Origin: Nitrospirota bacterium
GTDB lineage: Bacteria > Nitrospirota > UBA9217
Direction of reading: 5' to 3'
Assembly: GCA_963740085.1 (NCBI GenBank)
Contig: CAVUCU010000007.1
Location: 96,001-160,000 of the forward strand
DNA length: 64,000 nucleotides
In this document: positions 10,956 through 21,483 of the stretch, piece after piece
Numbering within the stretch: position 1 is the first letter of the stretch
Layout of the letters: the number at the start of each line of letters is the position of its first letter
The notes under the pieces: generated by a model
Databases searched by the model: none
What the model was told of the DNA's origin: nothing
Seen by the model: the letters and a program-made list of their open reading frames with translations, nothing else
Program-made: the position numbers and the translations under genes

Positions 10956-12305
10956 TCATCCTTTCAGCCCGCTCAGCGCCCCGGACACGTCTGCTTCCGG
11001 GTGGAACACCGCCCGCGCATCGCCCACCATGTAGAGTGAACCGGTGACAAGCACAAGATCGTCCGAAGATACTTTGTCCCCGGCCGTTGCGATGGCCTCA
11101 CTGACCGTATTCGCGGTCTCGACGGAGCGATGCAGCTTCCGTATTTCCGCCGCAAGCGCCTGGACCTCCCTTGCCCGTGAATACCGGGGCTTCGTCACCA
11201 CCACGTGGTCGGCAAGAGAGACCAGTGCGGTTATGATCCCCTGGTAGTCCTTGTCTTCAAGAATGCCGAGAATGAGGACGACCCGCCGGTAAGCCGGTTT
11301 CATTTCCCGGATTGTCGCTGCGAGTTTCTGTGCTGATGCGGGGTTATGCGCGCCATCAAGATAGATATCGGGTTTGCGCGCTACAAGCTCAAGACGTCCT
11401 TCCCAGCGGGCCTGTTCGAGACCGCTGCGCACCGCAGCCTCGTCCACAATAATTCCGGCGTCGCGCAGGCATTCGATCGTCGCCAGGGCCAGACTCGCAT
11501 TGTCCACCTGATACCTGCCGAGCATGCTGATCCGAATCTTTTCGTAAGAAGTCTTGATCCCCCGATAATCAAAGACCTGCGCAAGCTGAGATGCGATAAC
11601 GCCGGGCATAAAATCCTTGGACAACCGATAGACCCTGGCCTTGCGGGCCGCGGCCTCCTGCTCGATGACGGTGATGACCTCCTCTTGTATTGCTCCTGTC
11701 ACCACCGGGACCCCGTGCTTGATGATGCCCGCCTTTTCTCCGGCGATCTGGATGAGCGTGGTCCCCAGGAACTCAGTGTGTTCAAGCTCAATATTCGTAA
11801 TCACCGAAACAAGCGGGGTGATGACGTTCGTGGAATCGAGCCTGCCGCCCATCCCGACCTCGATCACGGCAATGTCCACGCCTTCTTCCGCGAAGTAGGT
11901 GAACGCCATGGCGGTCGTAACCTCGAAAAACGTGGGACTGAACGCGACCGTTCCATCAGGACCTTCCGTGTTCCGAGCAACGTCCCGCACCCGACCCGCA
12001 AGCTCCACCACCTTAGCCTCGGTGATCAGAGAGGTGTTGATCCTGATCCGCTCGGTAAAACTGACCAGGTGCGGAGAGGTATAAAGCCCGACGCGATATC
12101 CCGCAGCCTGCAGCATGCTCGCGATAAATGAAGACGTCGATCCCTTTCCGTTCGTGCCCGCAACATGCACGGACCGGAACTTCCGGTGCGGGTCTCCCAT
12201 GAGCGCCATTAGCGCAAGGCTGTTGGACAGCGCAAGTTTGATCCCGTGCTTCTGGAGCGCATAAAGGTAGTCGATGGTTTCCCGGTATGCTCTGTCAAGG
12301 GACAT
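10956..12305 (-). CDS. folC: Folylpolyglutamate synthase/dihydrofolate synthase
   Basis: HVAGTNGKGS, EVGMGGRLDSTN, DGAHN. Confidence 0.96.
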   Translation of the reverse strand: MSLDRAYRETIDYLYALQKHGIKLALSNSLALMALMGDPHRKFRSVHVAGTNGKGSTSSFIASMLQAAGYRVGLYTSPHLVSFTERIRINTSLITEAKVVELAGRVRDVARNTEGPDGTVAFSPTFFEVTTAMAFTYFAEEGVDIAVIEVGMGGRLDSTNVITPLVSVITNIELEHTEFLGTTLIQIAGEKAGIIKHGVPVVTGAIQEEVITVIEQEAAARKARVYRLSKDFMPGVIASQLAQVFDYRGIKTSYEKIRISMLGRYQVDNASLALATIECLRDAGIIVDEAAVRSGLEQARWEGRLELVARKPDIYLDGAHNPASAQKLAATIREMKPAYRRVVLILGILEDKDYQGIITALVSLADHVVVTKPRYSRAREVQALAAEIRKLHRSVETANTVSEAIATAGDKVSSDDLVLVTGSLYMVGDARAVFHPEADVSGALSGLKG

Positions 12306-12379
12306 CGTCGTATGAGCTCCGTTTCTCCGTCAACAGTCCGGTCCGCTGAGCCTCGGGGATGCCGCCAGCCGGCTTCCCG

Positions 12380-13240
12380 CTACAGTGCGGCTGAGGTTGC
12401 GGGAGCGGTCACCAGCGGGGCGGGGGCCGCGGTCACCGGTGTGTGCGTTTCAGCGCTTTGGACCGGATGAGACGCCGGTATCGATTTTTCAATGGTCTGG
12501 GGAGCCTCTTTCAGCGTCAGCACAAAAGGGATCTGTTGGTCGGCGGGGAACGATTTAAACCGCTTACGATCATAGCGCACCTTTGCCACTTCCGCCATCC
12601 GGTCGAAGAACGTAAGGAGCTCTTGCGCTGTCAGCTTGCCGGACAACTGCCGTTCAGTGTCGCTGAACTTCATCTTCCGAAGTTCCCCGTGGCCGCCCAT
12701 GACCTCATTGACCCGCTGAATTGCAGAGGTCTCATTGATCGGCACAATGCTCACCGCCAGTGGAGCCAAGGCTCGACTGGAGACGCGTTGCGGCACCGGC
12801 CGTTGCACCCCGGCCACCGGCTTCGTCACAACAGGTGCCTCTGTTTTCGGCGCTGCCGCCGGAGCTGGCGGGGTGGTTGCCGGCGAGGTCCTCTCGATGC
12901 TCTCGATCTCAAGATCAAGCTGACGCGGCAGCATAGCGTAATAATAGATTCCCGCGGCAACAAGGACGATCCCAGCGAGCCATAAGGGTCGATACAGGAT
13001 CTTCTTAAGTTTCGCAAGCGCGAAGACGCCTTCCTTCAGCCGGTGAGAGACGCCCTCAGTTTGGTCGATGTCTTTCAGAAGCTGGCGGGTTTCCTCCATG
13101 CGCCTGAGCGTTTCGAACTCTGATTTGCATACCACACAGGCCCGCAGATGCCTTTCGATCCTGTTTCGCGTGGTCCAAAACACGTGGCCGCGCAGAAGGT
13201 CAGGGAGCGCCTTTCTTGTCCGTTCACATTCTTTTTTCAT
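12380..13240 (-). CDS. zf-HC2 (ZAS anti-sigma-like) single-TM protein
   Basis: HLRACVVC HxxxCxxC motif, central TM, Pro/Ala-rich linker. Confidence 0.7.
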   Translation of the reverse strand: MKKECERTRKALPDLLRGHVFWTTRNRIERHLRACVVCKSEFETLRRMEETRQLLKDIDQTEGVSHRLKEGVFALAKLKKILYRPLWLAGIVLVAAGIYYYAMLPRQLDLEIESIERTSPATTPPAPAAAPKTEAPVVTKPVAGVQRPVPQRVSSRALAPLAVSIVPINETSAIQRVNEVMGGHGELRKMKFSDTERQLSGKLTAQELLTFFDRMAEVAKVRYDRKRFKSFPADQQIPFVLTLKEAPQTIEKSIPASHPVQSAETHTPVTAAPAPLVTAPATSAAL

Positions 13241-13307
13241 ACGAACTCACCTCGGTGCGCCGGCATTCGGACGATCCTGAACCAACGTCACAAAGCGCGC
13301 TTGAGCG

Positions 13308-14120
13308 CTACACTCCTCCCACCTTCACCTGCTCCGCGTGAAGCTGCGAATCACCGAGAAACCGCTTGCCGATCGCCTCGAAACGCATCGGTGTGTCGGT
13401 CACATAAAATTTCCGGATAATCTCGCCGGCCATGCCCCCTCGCCATTTAAGCTTCTCGAGCACATCCGCCACTTCCTTGGCCGTTTCGGTCGCCGAGTCG
13501 ATCAGCGTGATCCCGGGGCCGACGGCCTTGCTGATCACCGTTTTGAGCAGCGGATAGTGCGTACAGCCCAACACCAGCATATCAATGCCCGTTTTCCGGA
13601 ATGGAGCGAGATATTTTCCGGCAACCAGCTCCGCCACATCATTGTCCGTCCATCCCTCTTCGGCCAGCGGCACGAAGAGCGGACAGGCAAGGCTCGTTAC
13701 CTCGACATCGGGTGCAAGCCGTTTGATGGCCTTCTCATAGGCGCCGCTGCTGATCGTGGCCTCGGTGCCGATGATCCCCACCTTGCGGGTCTTCGTTGCG
13801 GCGACCGCGGCACGGGCGCCAGGTTCGAGCACGCCAATAACGGGCAACGGGAATTCCTTCTTTATCGCCTCGAGGCTGACCGCAGTCGCCGTGTTGCAGG
13901 CTACCACAAGCATCTTGATCTCCTGGGACAGCAGGAAGTTCGTGTTCTCGAAGCTGTAGCGCGTCACTGTCTCAGCCGAGCGAATGCCATAGGGGACCCG
14001 CGCCGTGTCGCCGAGATAAATGATGTTCTCGTCCGGAAGCTTGGCCATGATCTCCTTGAGCACCGTGAGACCACCGATGCCGGAGTCGAATATGCCGATT
14101 GCCTTTTGCATAGTATTCAA
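13308..14120 (-). CDS. murI: Glutamate racemase
   Basis: FDSGIGGLTV, VACNTA, LGCTHY. Confidence 0.96.
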   Translation of the reverse strand: MNTMQKAIGIFDSGIGGLTVLKEIMAKLPDENIIYLGDTARVPYGIRSAETVTRYSFENTNFLLSQEIKMLVVACNTATAVSLEAIKKEFPLPVIGVLEPGARAAVAATKTRKVGIIGTEATISSGAYEKAIKRLAPDVEVTSLACPLFVPLAEEGWTDNDVAELVAGKYLAPFRKTGIDMLVLGCTHYPLLKTVISKAVGPGITLIDSATETAKEVADVLEKLKWRGGMAGEIIRKFYVTDTPMRFEAIGKRFLGDSQLHAEQVKVGGV

Positions 14121-14303
14121 TAAAACCTTTTCACCGCAGATGACGCAGAGGAATCCTTATAAAAATATTGTGCACTCGGTAGCGTCGGAAGAACGGATTT
14201 AGATCCCGGATCATGACTGATTTTTAAATGCCTGAATTGATCCGAGTTCATCTACGTCCGGAAGGTTCCTGCTTTGTCTTCCTCTTTGGTAAAAAATGCG
14301 TTC

Positions 14304-14900
14304 TTACTGTTTCGCCAGGTCCATTCTCTTTGTGAACGTCCTCGACAGGTCCATATGCCCCGCCAGGGTCTGCGCTTCCCTGCCGTCAAGCAGCAACATG
14401 ACCTGCTTGATCTCCTCGAAATTCTGAAGGAGCGTATTCACCAGCGCGTAGATCGCCAGCTGCTCCTCCCATGCCGACGCGCGCACGTCCTTTTGCGGGC
14501 CCAGGGCGAGGTCGATGTAGGCCGTGCCGGAACCGTCAAGATACAGCTCCCGCAGCCTGATGTCCCGCAACACCGGCTCCAGCGGGGCCCGCTGGTCTTC
14601 GAACAGGGCCGCAAGCGCTGCACGCGCCTGCGCCTGCATATCGGGCTGACGCTTCACAACAGTTGACCCCGTCGCAAGCATCCCCTCATGGGGGTAATAG
14701 AGCGTGATCGAGAGCGGCTCGTCGCGCATCAACTGCTGTGCGAGCTGCCGGTCCTGCTCCGCCGGAACCGGGGCCGTATTCGTTAAGTCCATCCGCCACC
14801 AGAGCAGCCCCGCCCCTGTCGCGACGATGGCGGCGAGGATGATCACCAGGCCGAACAGCATCCGGTTGCTTTGCATGCTGCGGTCAGTTCTCTCGGACAT
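14304..14900 (-). CDS. GerMN domain protein
   Basis: N-terminal TM, ITLYY, EQLAIYALVNTL...TLAGHMDL. Confidence 0.85.
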   Translation of the reverse strand: MSERTDRSMQSNRMLFGLVIILAAIVATGAGLLWWRMDLTNTAPVPAEQDRQLAQQLMRDEPLSITLYYPHEGMLATGSTVVKRQPDMQAQARAALAALFEDQRAPLEPVLRDIRLRELYLDGSGTAYIDLALGPQKDVRASAWEEQLAIYALVNTLLQNFEEIKQVMLLLDGREAQTLAGHMDLSRTFTKRMDLAKQ

Positions 14901-15894
14901 ACTGTTCGATCCCCTTTACGATCGCCTCAGCCGTCTGTACCCGGTCCGTCTCCATGCCTATCTCGACCATGACCGCTGCCGCGTCCACGGCCTTGAGCAG
15001 CACCAGCGGTGCCTGCACGGGCTCGGCGATGTCCTGACCGGCAAGCTGCCGCGCAAGCAGCCGGCCGAGGGCCCCGCTCTCTCGTGCGTGTGCCGCCTGC
15101 TGTTTTCCCCAGAGCATCTCCTTCTGTTCGCTCCCTGCCTCGTAGCCGAGGAAATCACCGCTCACGGGCCGGGCGGTCTGCGTTTCCGGCTCATCAAGCA
15201 GGTCCTGGATAAAGACCCGCGAGCCGGTGCCCGTCGCGGAATGAATGGCCACGAAAAGCAGTGCACCGGCTGCGTTCGATGCTGCGGCCCGTTCGTCAGG
15301 CGTGAGCGAATGGTCCTTTTCCCGGGTAAGGATCACCTTCAGCTTCGGGTCCTTCTGCAGCATCTTCCTGATCGCAAGCGAGAGGTCCAGCGTGATCATC
15401 TTTTCCTGCCCCCGCGGCGCAACAATACCCGTGTCTTTGCCTCCATGTCCTGGATCGAGCACGATGACCGTTGGCTTGTCCGCTAGAGGTGCAGTGACCG
15501 GGGCCGCTCCCTTCGAGATGTCGATCACGATCCGGTCAGGCCCTCGAAGCACGAAGTCCTTCGCCTCTCCGGCCGCTCCGTTAAGGTGGATGACAACAGC
15601 GGTCCTCCCCGCCTCTACTCGCGACTCCAGGCCGAGCACCACGCTGTCACGGACCATCGGCAGCGGCGTTTTAAGCTTGAACGGGCCGTCATAGGCGCTC
15701 AGCGTGAAGCTGCGCCCGTCCGTCGAGCGCAGCAGAACATAGGGCGCCGCGGCCTCTATCTCAAAAACGATCCGGGTGAACGTAGCGTAGGAAGCATACC
15801 GCACGCCCTTTACGGTCAGTCCTTTTTCAGCTGCGCCTGCGCAGACAGGCGACGAAAGCTGACAGAGAATAATGAGTGCGAACAATGTGCGCAT
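14884..15894 (-). CDS. N-acetylmuramoyl-L-alanine amidase (AMIN-like plus Amidase_3)
   Basis: Signal peptide from MRTLFAL; DPGHGG, EK, FVAIH, VMVEIG. Confidence 0.88.
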   Translation of the reverse strand: MRTLFALIILCQLSSPVCAGAAEKGLTVKGVRYASYATFTRIVFEIEAAAPYVLLRSTDGRSFTLSAYDGPFKLKTPLPMVRDSVVLGLESRVEAGRTAVVIHLNGAAGEAKDFVLRGPDRIVIDISKGAAPVTAPLADKPTVIVLDPGHGGKDTGIVAPRGQEKMITLDLSLAIRKMLQKDPKLKVILTREKDHSLTPDERAAASNAAGALLFVAIHSATGTGSRVFIQDLLDEPETQTARPVSGDFLGYEAGSEQKEMLWGKQQAAHARESGALGRLLARQLAGQDIAEPVQAPLVLLKAVDAAAVMVEIGMETDRVQTAEAIVKGIEQYVREN

Positions 15895-16007
15895 ACCGCT
15901 TGCAATACTAACATAACAAACAGCTTTGCGCAAGAAAAAGGCGGGAAAATCAGGATCGTGCAACTTGAATTTGCTTTCTTCCGTTCTCCATGTTAATCTG
16001 CTTTTCG

Positions 16008-17942
16008 ATGAATGCCATGAAGATTTTCGGGGACACGGGAATGATCGCGCTGGCCATGCAGCGGGCTTACGAGCATCGTCCGCAGCAGAGTGAGATGGCG
16101 GCGGCCGTGGAGAAAGCGCTCGAGAGTAAAAAGCATTTGACCGTTGAGGCCGGCACGGGCGTGGGCAAAAGTCTGGCTTATCTTGTGCCTCTGGTCCTCC
16201 GGGCGCGGGAGGAAAACCAGCGCGCCGTGGTCGCGACGTACACCAAGGCTCTCCAGCAGCAGCTGGTGAACAAAGACCTGCCTTTCCTGAGGTCCGTGCT
16301 CGGAGATTTCCGCTTTGCGCTCTGCGTGGGCGGCGAGAACTACCTCTGCCTCCGCAGGTTCGACCACCTCCGCATCGGCAACCTGTATGAGCAGCAAGAG
16401 ATCGAGCCCCTGAATCGCCTCTTTGTCTGGTCCACCATGACGCGCACCGGGCTTCGAAGCGAGCTGGACATCGAGCCCTCTCCAGCCCTTTGGGGCAAGG
16501 CATGCAGACAAGCGGACCTCTGCTTCGGCAAGGACTGTTCCTACTTTAAAGATTGCTTCTATCTGAAGGCGAAGGCGATCGAGCAGCAGGCGCACATTCT
16601 CGTGGCGAACCACCACCTTTTCTTTGCCGACATGGCAACGGGCGGCAATGTGCTGCCCCTGCATAAGGTCGTTGTCTTCGACGAGGCGCACCAGATCGAG
16701 GATGTGGCAACAGATTACCTCGGGGTCGAGGTCACGAACTTCGCGGTCCGTTACCTCATGGACACGCTCCTGAGCCAGCGCACGCGCAGAGGTATGCTCA
16801 CGCGCCTCACCATACAGGACCCGGATACGCAGATCGTGCACGGTATGGTTGACGCTCTCCGCGTCATATCGGACAACTTCTTTTTAAACTTCCAGCCCCT
16901 GCTCGCCAAAGATCCGGCGCTCAGGATCAGACGGAGGAACATCGTGCCCGATATCCTGAGCGAACCGCTCATGGAACTCCGGGACGCCCTTCTCCAGCTC
17001 AAGGCCGGGACCCAGGAGGAGGAACTCGAGATCAAGGCCCTGGCCAACAGGGCGCAGTCCTTTGCGACCGCGATACGGGTAAATCTCGAACAGAGCGCCG
17101 ATGGCTTCGTGTACTGGGCCGAGCGCGAGAACATGCGGTATCGGCTCGTTGCTTCGCCCATCGATGTCGCGGATACACTGCGGGAAAATCTTTTTGAAAA
17201 AACAGACACCGTAGTGCTCACCTCGGCCACGCTCTCCACCGCAGGCACCTTCACCTACATCAAGAACCGGCTTGGTCTGGACGCGCCGATGGAATTGATC
17301 CTCGACTCACCCTTTGACTTCCAACACCAGGCCCTGCTCTACATCGCCTCCGGCCTCGACGATCAGCAGGCAAGCGGGTATCAGGAAAGGTTCGATGCTG
17401 AATTGAGCGCTGTTCTGTCCGTGACGCGGGGGAGAACGCTTGTGCTCTTTACCAGTTACGGCCAGCTCAGAAAGAGCGCGGAGACGCTGCGGAGGGAAAT
17501 GCCCGACCTCGGTTTCCTGTGCCAGGGAGAGATGCCGCCCTACCGGCTGATCGAGCAGTTCAAAAGCGCGTCGACCGCGGTACTCATGGGCACGGCGTCC
17601 TTCTGGCAGGGCATCGACATCCCCGGCGATGCCCTGCAGTGCGTCGTCATCGCGAAACTGCCGTTCGCTGTGCCCGACGAACCCATTGTCGAAGCGCGCA
17701 TGGAGCGGCTCAAAAATCCCTTCTATGAATATCAGGTGCCGCAGGCTGCGCTGCTCTTCCGCCAGGGCTTCGGCAGGCTCATCCGCACAAAAACGGATCG
17801 CGGAGCGGTGGCCGTGCTTGACTCGCGCATCATGACAAAAGGCTACGGCAAGTGGTTTTTGAGGTCGATCCCGAAGTGCCGGATCACGGATGATCGGGAG
17901 GAGTTCAGAAAGTTTTTCGAGGGTCTACGGGGGAAAAAGTAA
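16008..17942 (+). CDS. DinG/YoaA family ATP-dependent DNA helicase
   Basis: EAGTGVGKS, DEAH, Fe-S cysteines, TSATL, QGFGRLIR. Confidence 0.93.
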   Translation: MNAMKIFGDTGMIALAMQRAYEHRPQQSEMAAAVEKALESKKHLTVEAGTGVGKSLAYLVPLVLRAREENQRAVVATYTKALQQQLVNKDLPFLRSVLGDFRFALCVGGENYLCLRRFDHLRIGNLYEQQEIEPLNRLFVWSTMTRTGLRSELDIEPSPALWGKACRQADLCFGKDCSYFKDCFYLKAKAIEQQAHILVANHHLFFADMATGGNVLPLHKVVVFDEAHQIEDVATDYLGVEVTNFAVRYLMDTLLSQRTRRGMLTRLTIQDPDTQIVHGMVDALRVISDNFFLNFQPLLAKDPALRIRRRNIVPDILSEPLMELRDALLQLKAGTQEEELEIKALANRAQSFATAIRVNLEQSADGFVYWAERENMRYRLVASPIDVADTLRENLFEKTDTVVLTSATLSTAGTFTYIKNRLGLDAPMELILDSPFDFQHQALLYIASGLDDQQASGYQERFDAELSAVLSVTRGRTLVLFTSYGQLRKSAETLRREMPDLGFLCQGEMPPYRLIEQFKSASTAVLMGTASFWQGIDIPGDALQCVVIAKLPFAVPDEPIVEARMERLKNPFYEYQVPQAALLFRQGFGRLIRTKTDRGAVAVLDSRIMTKGYGKWFLRSIPKCRITDDREEFRKFFEGLRGKK

Positions 17943-18134
17943 CTCCGCAGCCCTGTCTCGTGCAATGGCCAAAATAGGTTTTGGTCCGGACTGTCCAGGA
18001 TATTTCCTGACCCTCCGCTGCTCCTCCCCTCTGAATATGATAGAATCAATCCAAAGGGAGGCCCGGGGAGAACAACCGCCGTTCCTGATGCTCATGTTCA
18101 GCGCCGCGCTATGACCTTTCCACTGCCAAATTTT

Positions 18135-18162
18135 TTGACACTTGAGAAAAGGCTGATACAAT
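18135..18162 (+). promoter_or_regulatory. sigma70-type promoter for kaiBC
   Basis: TTGACA-N16-TACAAT with a TG extension. Confidence 0.5.
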
Positions 18163-18234
18163 TACCGTCATGTAAAAGCAACGATATTGACACGGAGGGT
18201 TCACCCTTTTTTCTTTCGCCCAATGGAGGACGCC

Positions 18235-18531
18235 ATGAATAAGTATCAGCTCAAACTTTTCATTACCGGGCAAACCATCCGCTCTGGGCGTGCAATCACC
18301 AACCTGCGCCGGATTCTTGAAAAGGAACTGGGGACGGGATACGAACTGATCATCATCGACGTCCTGGAACAGCCGCAGGATGCCGAACATGACAAGATCC
18401 TTGCTACGCCGACCTTGATCAAGGAATTTCCGCCGCCGGTCAGACGGATCATCGGCGATCTCTCCGATACGAAACAGGTTTTGCTGGGACTTGAGCTGCC
18501 TCACCAGGAATCAAGAACGGAGGAAAAATAA
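18235..18531 (+). CDS. kaiB: Circadian clock protein KaiB homolog
   Basis: [48 protein letters not shown]; GGAGG RBS. Confidence 0.95.
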   Translation: MNKYQLKLFITGQTIRSGRAITNLRRILEKELGTGYELIIIDVLEQPQDAEHDKILATPTLIKEFPPPVRRIIGDLSDTKQVLLGLELPHQESRTEEK

Positions 18532-20022
18532 ATGGGTACTTCAGCACAGAAGGGCATTGAAAAAATCGTCACCAATATCCCTGGCCTCGATCACATTACC
18601 ATCGGCGGCCTGCCCAAAAACCGAACTACCCTTGTTTCGGGGACCGCCGGCAGCGGCAAGACCGTATTGGCAGCTCAGTTTCTTGCCGAAGGGATCCTGA
18701 AATCGGAGAAACACGGTGTATTCGTCACCTTTGAAGAGCCTCCCGACGATATCCGCAGGAATATGGCCTCCATGGGCTGGGACATCGAGACGTGGGAAAA
18801 GGAAGGGAAGTGGATCTTTGTCGACGCGTCGGTGCAACCTGGTGAGACGCCGGTGGTAGCAGGCAGTTATGATCTCGGGGCGCTCCTTGCCCGCATCGAA
18901 TACGCGATCACCACGTGCAATGCCGACCGGGTCTCTCTGGACTCGCTCGACGCCATTTTCAACCAATTGCCCGACCGGGCCAGTGTCAGGCGGGAACTGT
19001 TTCGGATTGCCATGACACTGAAAAAGTTAAAGGCAACTGCCGTCATGACGGCGGAGCGGAGCCAGGAATACGGAGATATCTCCCGTTACGGCGTCGAGGA
19101 GTTCGTCGCCGACAACGTCATTATCCTGCGCAATGTCCTGGATGAGGAGAAGCGGCGGCGCACTGTTGAGGTCCTCAAGTTCCGCGGCACTGTTCATAAA
19201 AAAGGGGAGCACCCCTTTACCGTTGTCCCCGGCGAAGGGCTGATCGTGATCCCCCTCTCCGCCATCGAACTGAAACAGAAGTCGTCCGAAATCCGGATCA
19301 CCGCGGGGAACAAAGAACTGGATGCGATGTGCGGCGGCGGCTTCTTCCGAGATTCTCTCGTTCTCGTCTCCGGGGCCACCGGTACCGGCAAGACCTTGAT
19401 CACTACGGAATTCATCGCCGGCGGCCTCAACAACGGCGAACGGTCACTGTTGTTCGCCTTCGAGGAGAGCCGCGAGCAGCTGTTCCGCAACGCCAGCGAC
19501 TTTGGGACGGATTTTGAGCAGATGGAAAAGGATGGGAATTTGAAGGTGGTCTGCGATTATCCCGAGGTCATGGGTCTGGAGGACCATCTGATCCACATGA
19601 AGAAAGTGATCGATGTTTTCAAGCCGCTCCGGATCGCCGTGGACAGCCTCTCCGCGTTGGAGCGGGTCTCTTCTATCAAAGGATTCCGTGAGTTCGTCAT
19701 CGGCCTCGCCTCCACCATCAAGGAGCAGCAGATAGCCGGCCTTTTCACCTCCACCACGCCGACCCTCCTCGGATGGTCCTCCATCACCGAGGCCCATATC
19801 TCCGCCACGACCGATTCGATCATACTCCTGCGTAACGTGGAGATGAATGGGGGCATGCGGCGCGCCATCACCGTTCTCAAGATGCGCGGTTCCGAACACG
19901 ACAAGGATATCCGCGAATTCGTCATTGACGGCAGCGGGATGCATATCGGCAAACCGTACCGTAATGTGGCCGGCATCCTGTCCGGCAATCCGATCCAGGT
20001 CGCACCGGGAAACGTAATCTGA
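18532..20022 (+). CDS. kaiC: Circadian clock ATPase KaiC homolog (double domain)
   Basis: Two P-loops (GTAGSGKT, GATGTGKT), FEE motifs, KMRGSEHDKDIREF. Confidence 0.96.
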   Translation: MGTSAQKGIEKIVTNIPGLDHITIGGLPKNRTTLVSGTAGSGKTVLAAQFLAEGILKSEKHGVFVTFEEPPDDIRRNMASMGWDIETWEKEGKWIFVDASVQPGETPVVAGSYDLGALLARIEYAITTCNADRVSLDSLDAIFNQLPDRASVRRELFRIAMTLKKLKATAVMTAERSQEYGDISRYGVEEFVADNVIILRNVLDEEKRRRTVEVLKFRGTVHKKGEHPFTVVPGEGLIVIPLSAIELKQKSSEIRITAGNKELDAMCGGGFFRDSLVLVSGATGTGKTLITTEFIAGGLNNGERSLLFAFEESREQLFRNASDFGTDFEQMEKDGNLKVVCDYPEVMGLEDHLIHMKKVIDVFKPLRIAVDSLSALERVSSIKGFREFVIGLASTIKEQQIAGLFTSTTPTLLGWSSITEAHISATTDSIILLRNVEMNGGMRRAITVLKMRGSEHDKDIREFVIDGSGMHIGKPYRNVAGILSGNPIQVAPGNVI

Positions 20023-20072
20023 GCAGGCAAAGGCTATCCTCATTGCAGCGGCAGAAAACGAGGAGTCAGTAC

Positions 20073-21278
20073 ATGGTTGTCAAGGAACCCGACCTGAAAG
20101 AACTAATCCAACAGCGTTCGCTGGAGTTGCGGGCAAGTGAAGAGCGTTTCCATAATATCGTATCCATAAGTACAGACGGCATCGTCATCATTGACGGCTC
20201 CGGCAAGATCCTCTTTGTTAACCCGGCTGCAAAGTACCTTTTTGGCCGCAAAGCGGAGGAACTCCAGGGAGAACAGTTCGGCTTTCCGATCATTGCGGGT
20301 GAGACCACGGAACTGGATATCGCCAACAAGGAAGGGAAACAGACGATTGCCGAGATGCGGATCGTGGTCACGGAATGGGAAGGGAAGCCCGCCTATCTCG
20401 CGACCCTGCACGACATTACCGAACGCAGGCAGGCGGAGGAGCGGATCAGCGAAGTCAACCGGCAGCAGCAGGCCATTCTTGACCATATCCCCAATATCGC
20501 CTGGCTTACGGACCGGAGGGGAAGGTATGTCGCGGTAAACAATTCCTTCGGCAAGGCGGTTGGCAAGGAACCGAAGGATCTGGTTGGAAAGAGCGATCAT
20601 GATATCTATCCGCCGGAGCGTGCGGTGAAATACGAGAAAGACTCCAGGGAGGTCATGGCCGCCGGCAAGCGCACCTATTTCGAAGAGTCCTTTGTTGACC
20701 GTGAGGGGAAGACCCAACACGTGGAGAAGATCGAAACGCCCATTTTAAATGACGCGGGAAAGGTCATCGGGATCATCGGTATCTCCAATGACATCACCAG
20801 CAGCAAGGAACTGGAAAAAAAGCTCCGTTACGATAGCACTCACGATATTTTGACCGGCCTCTTTAACCGGGCGTTTTTCGATGCAGAGTTGGAGCGGCTT
20901 GGCCATGGAAGAAGGTTTCCCCTATGCATCGTGATGGCGGATGTGAACGGTCTGAAAAAAGTCAATGATACCCTGGGGCATGAAGCCGGGGATGATCTGA
21001 TCCGAATGGCGGCCCGGATCATTCTGGGAGCATTCCGGGCCGGGGACATCGTTGCCCGTCTCGGGGGAGACGAGTTTGCCGTTCTTCTCCCGGGAACGGA
21101 CAAAACCGTTGCGGAGGAGGCCGTCAAGAGGATCATGAGCTCCCCCGAGATCATCAATGGTCTGGTGAGCATCGCTTTCGGAATTTCTTCCGCGGAAAAC
21201 AAAGATCAGCTTGCTGAAGCTTTAAAACACAGTGACGAGAGGATGTATCAGGATAAATCCGACCAAAAGGAATTGTAG
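20073..21278 (+). CDS. PAS-PAS-GGDEF diguanylate cyclase
   Basis: Two PAS domains, HDILTGLFNR, intact RLGGDEF, RAGD I-site. Confidence 0.93.
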   Translation: MVVKEPDLKELIQQRSLELRASEERFHNIVSISTDGIVIIDGSGKILFVNPAAKYLFGRKAEELQGEQFGFPIIAGETTELDIANKEGKQTIAEMRIVVTEWEGKPAYLATLHDITERRQAEERISEVNRQQQAILDHIPNIAWLTDRRGRYVAVNNSFGKAVGKEPKDLVGKSDHDIYPPERAVKYEKDSREVMAAGKRTYFEESFVDREGKTQHVEKIETPILNDAGKVIGIIGISNDITSSKELEKKLRYDSTHDILTGLFNRAFFDAELERLGHGRRFPLCIVMADVNGLKKVNDTLGHEAGDDLIRMAARIILGAFRAGDIVARLGGDEFAVLLPGTDKTVAEEAVKRIMSSPEIINGLVSIAFGISSAENKDQLAEALKHSDERMYQDKSDQKEL

Positions 21279-21483
21279 GCAAGAGGTATAGGGCGGTCAC
21301 CCTTTCAAGATCACCTGATCGAGAGCAATGACGTTCTTCTGCTCATGAAAATTTGCTAACGTCATTTCTATCGGATTTTCGAACTCATCGTGACGGGTTC
21401 CGTTCATTTCATTATTCGTTCTTACGTCAGGGAAGCGCGATCGGCGCCATCACTTCTTGACACAAGGGGAGATTCATACCGCC

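Noticed and set aside
15895-16503. N-terminal extension of the 539-aa amidase ORF
   Set aside because: It overlaps dinG on the opposite strand; the real signal peptide starts at 15894
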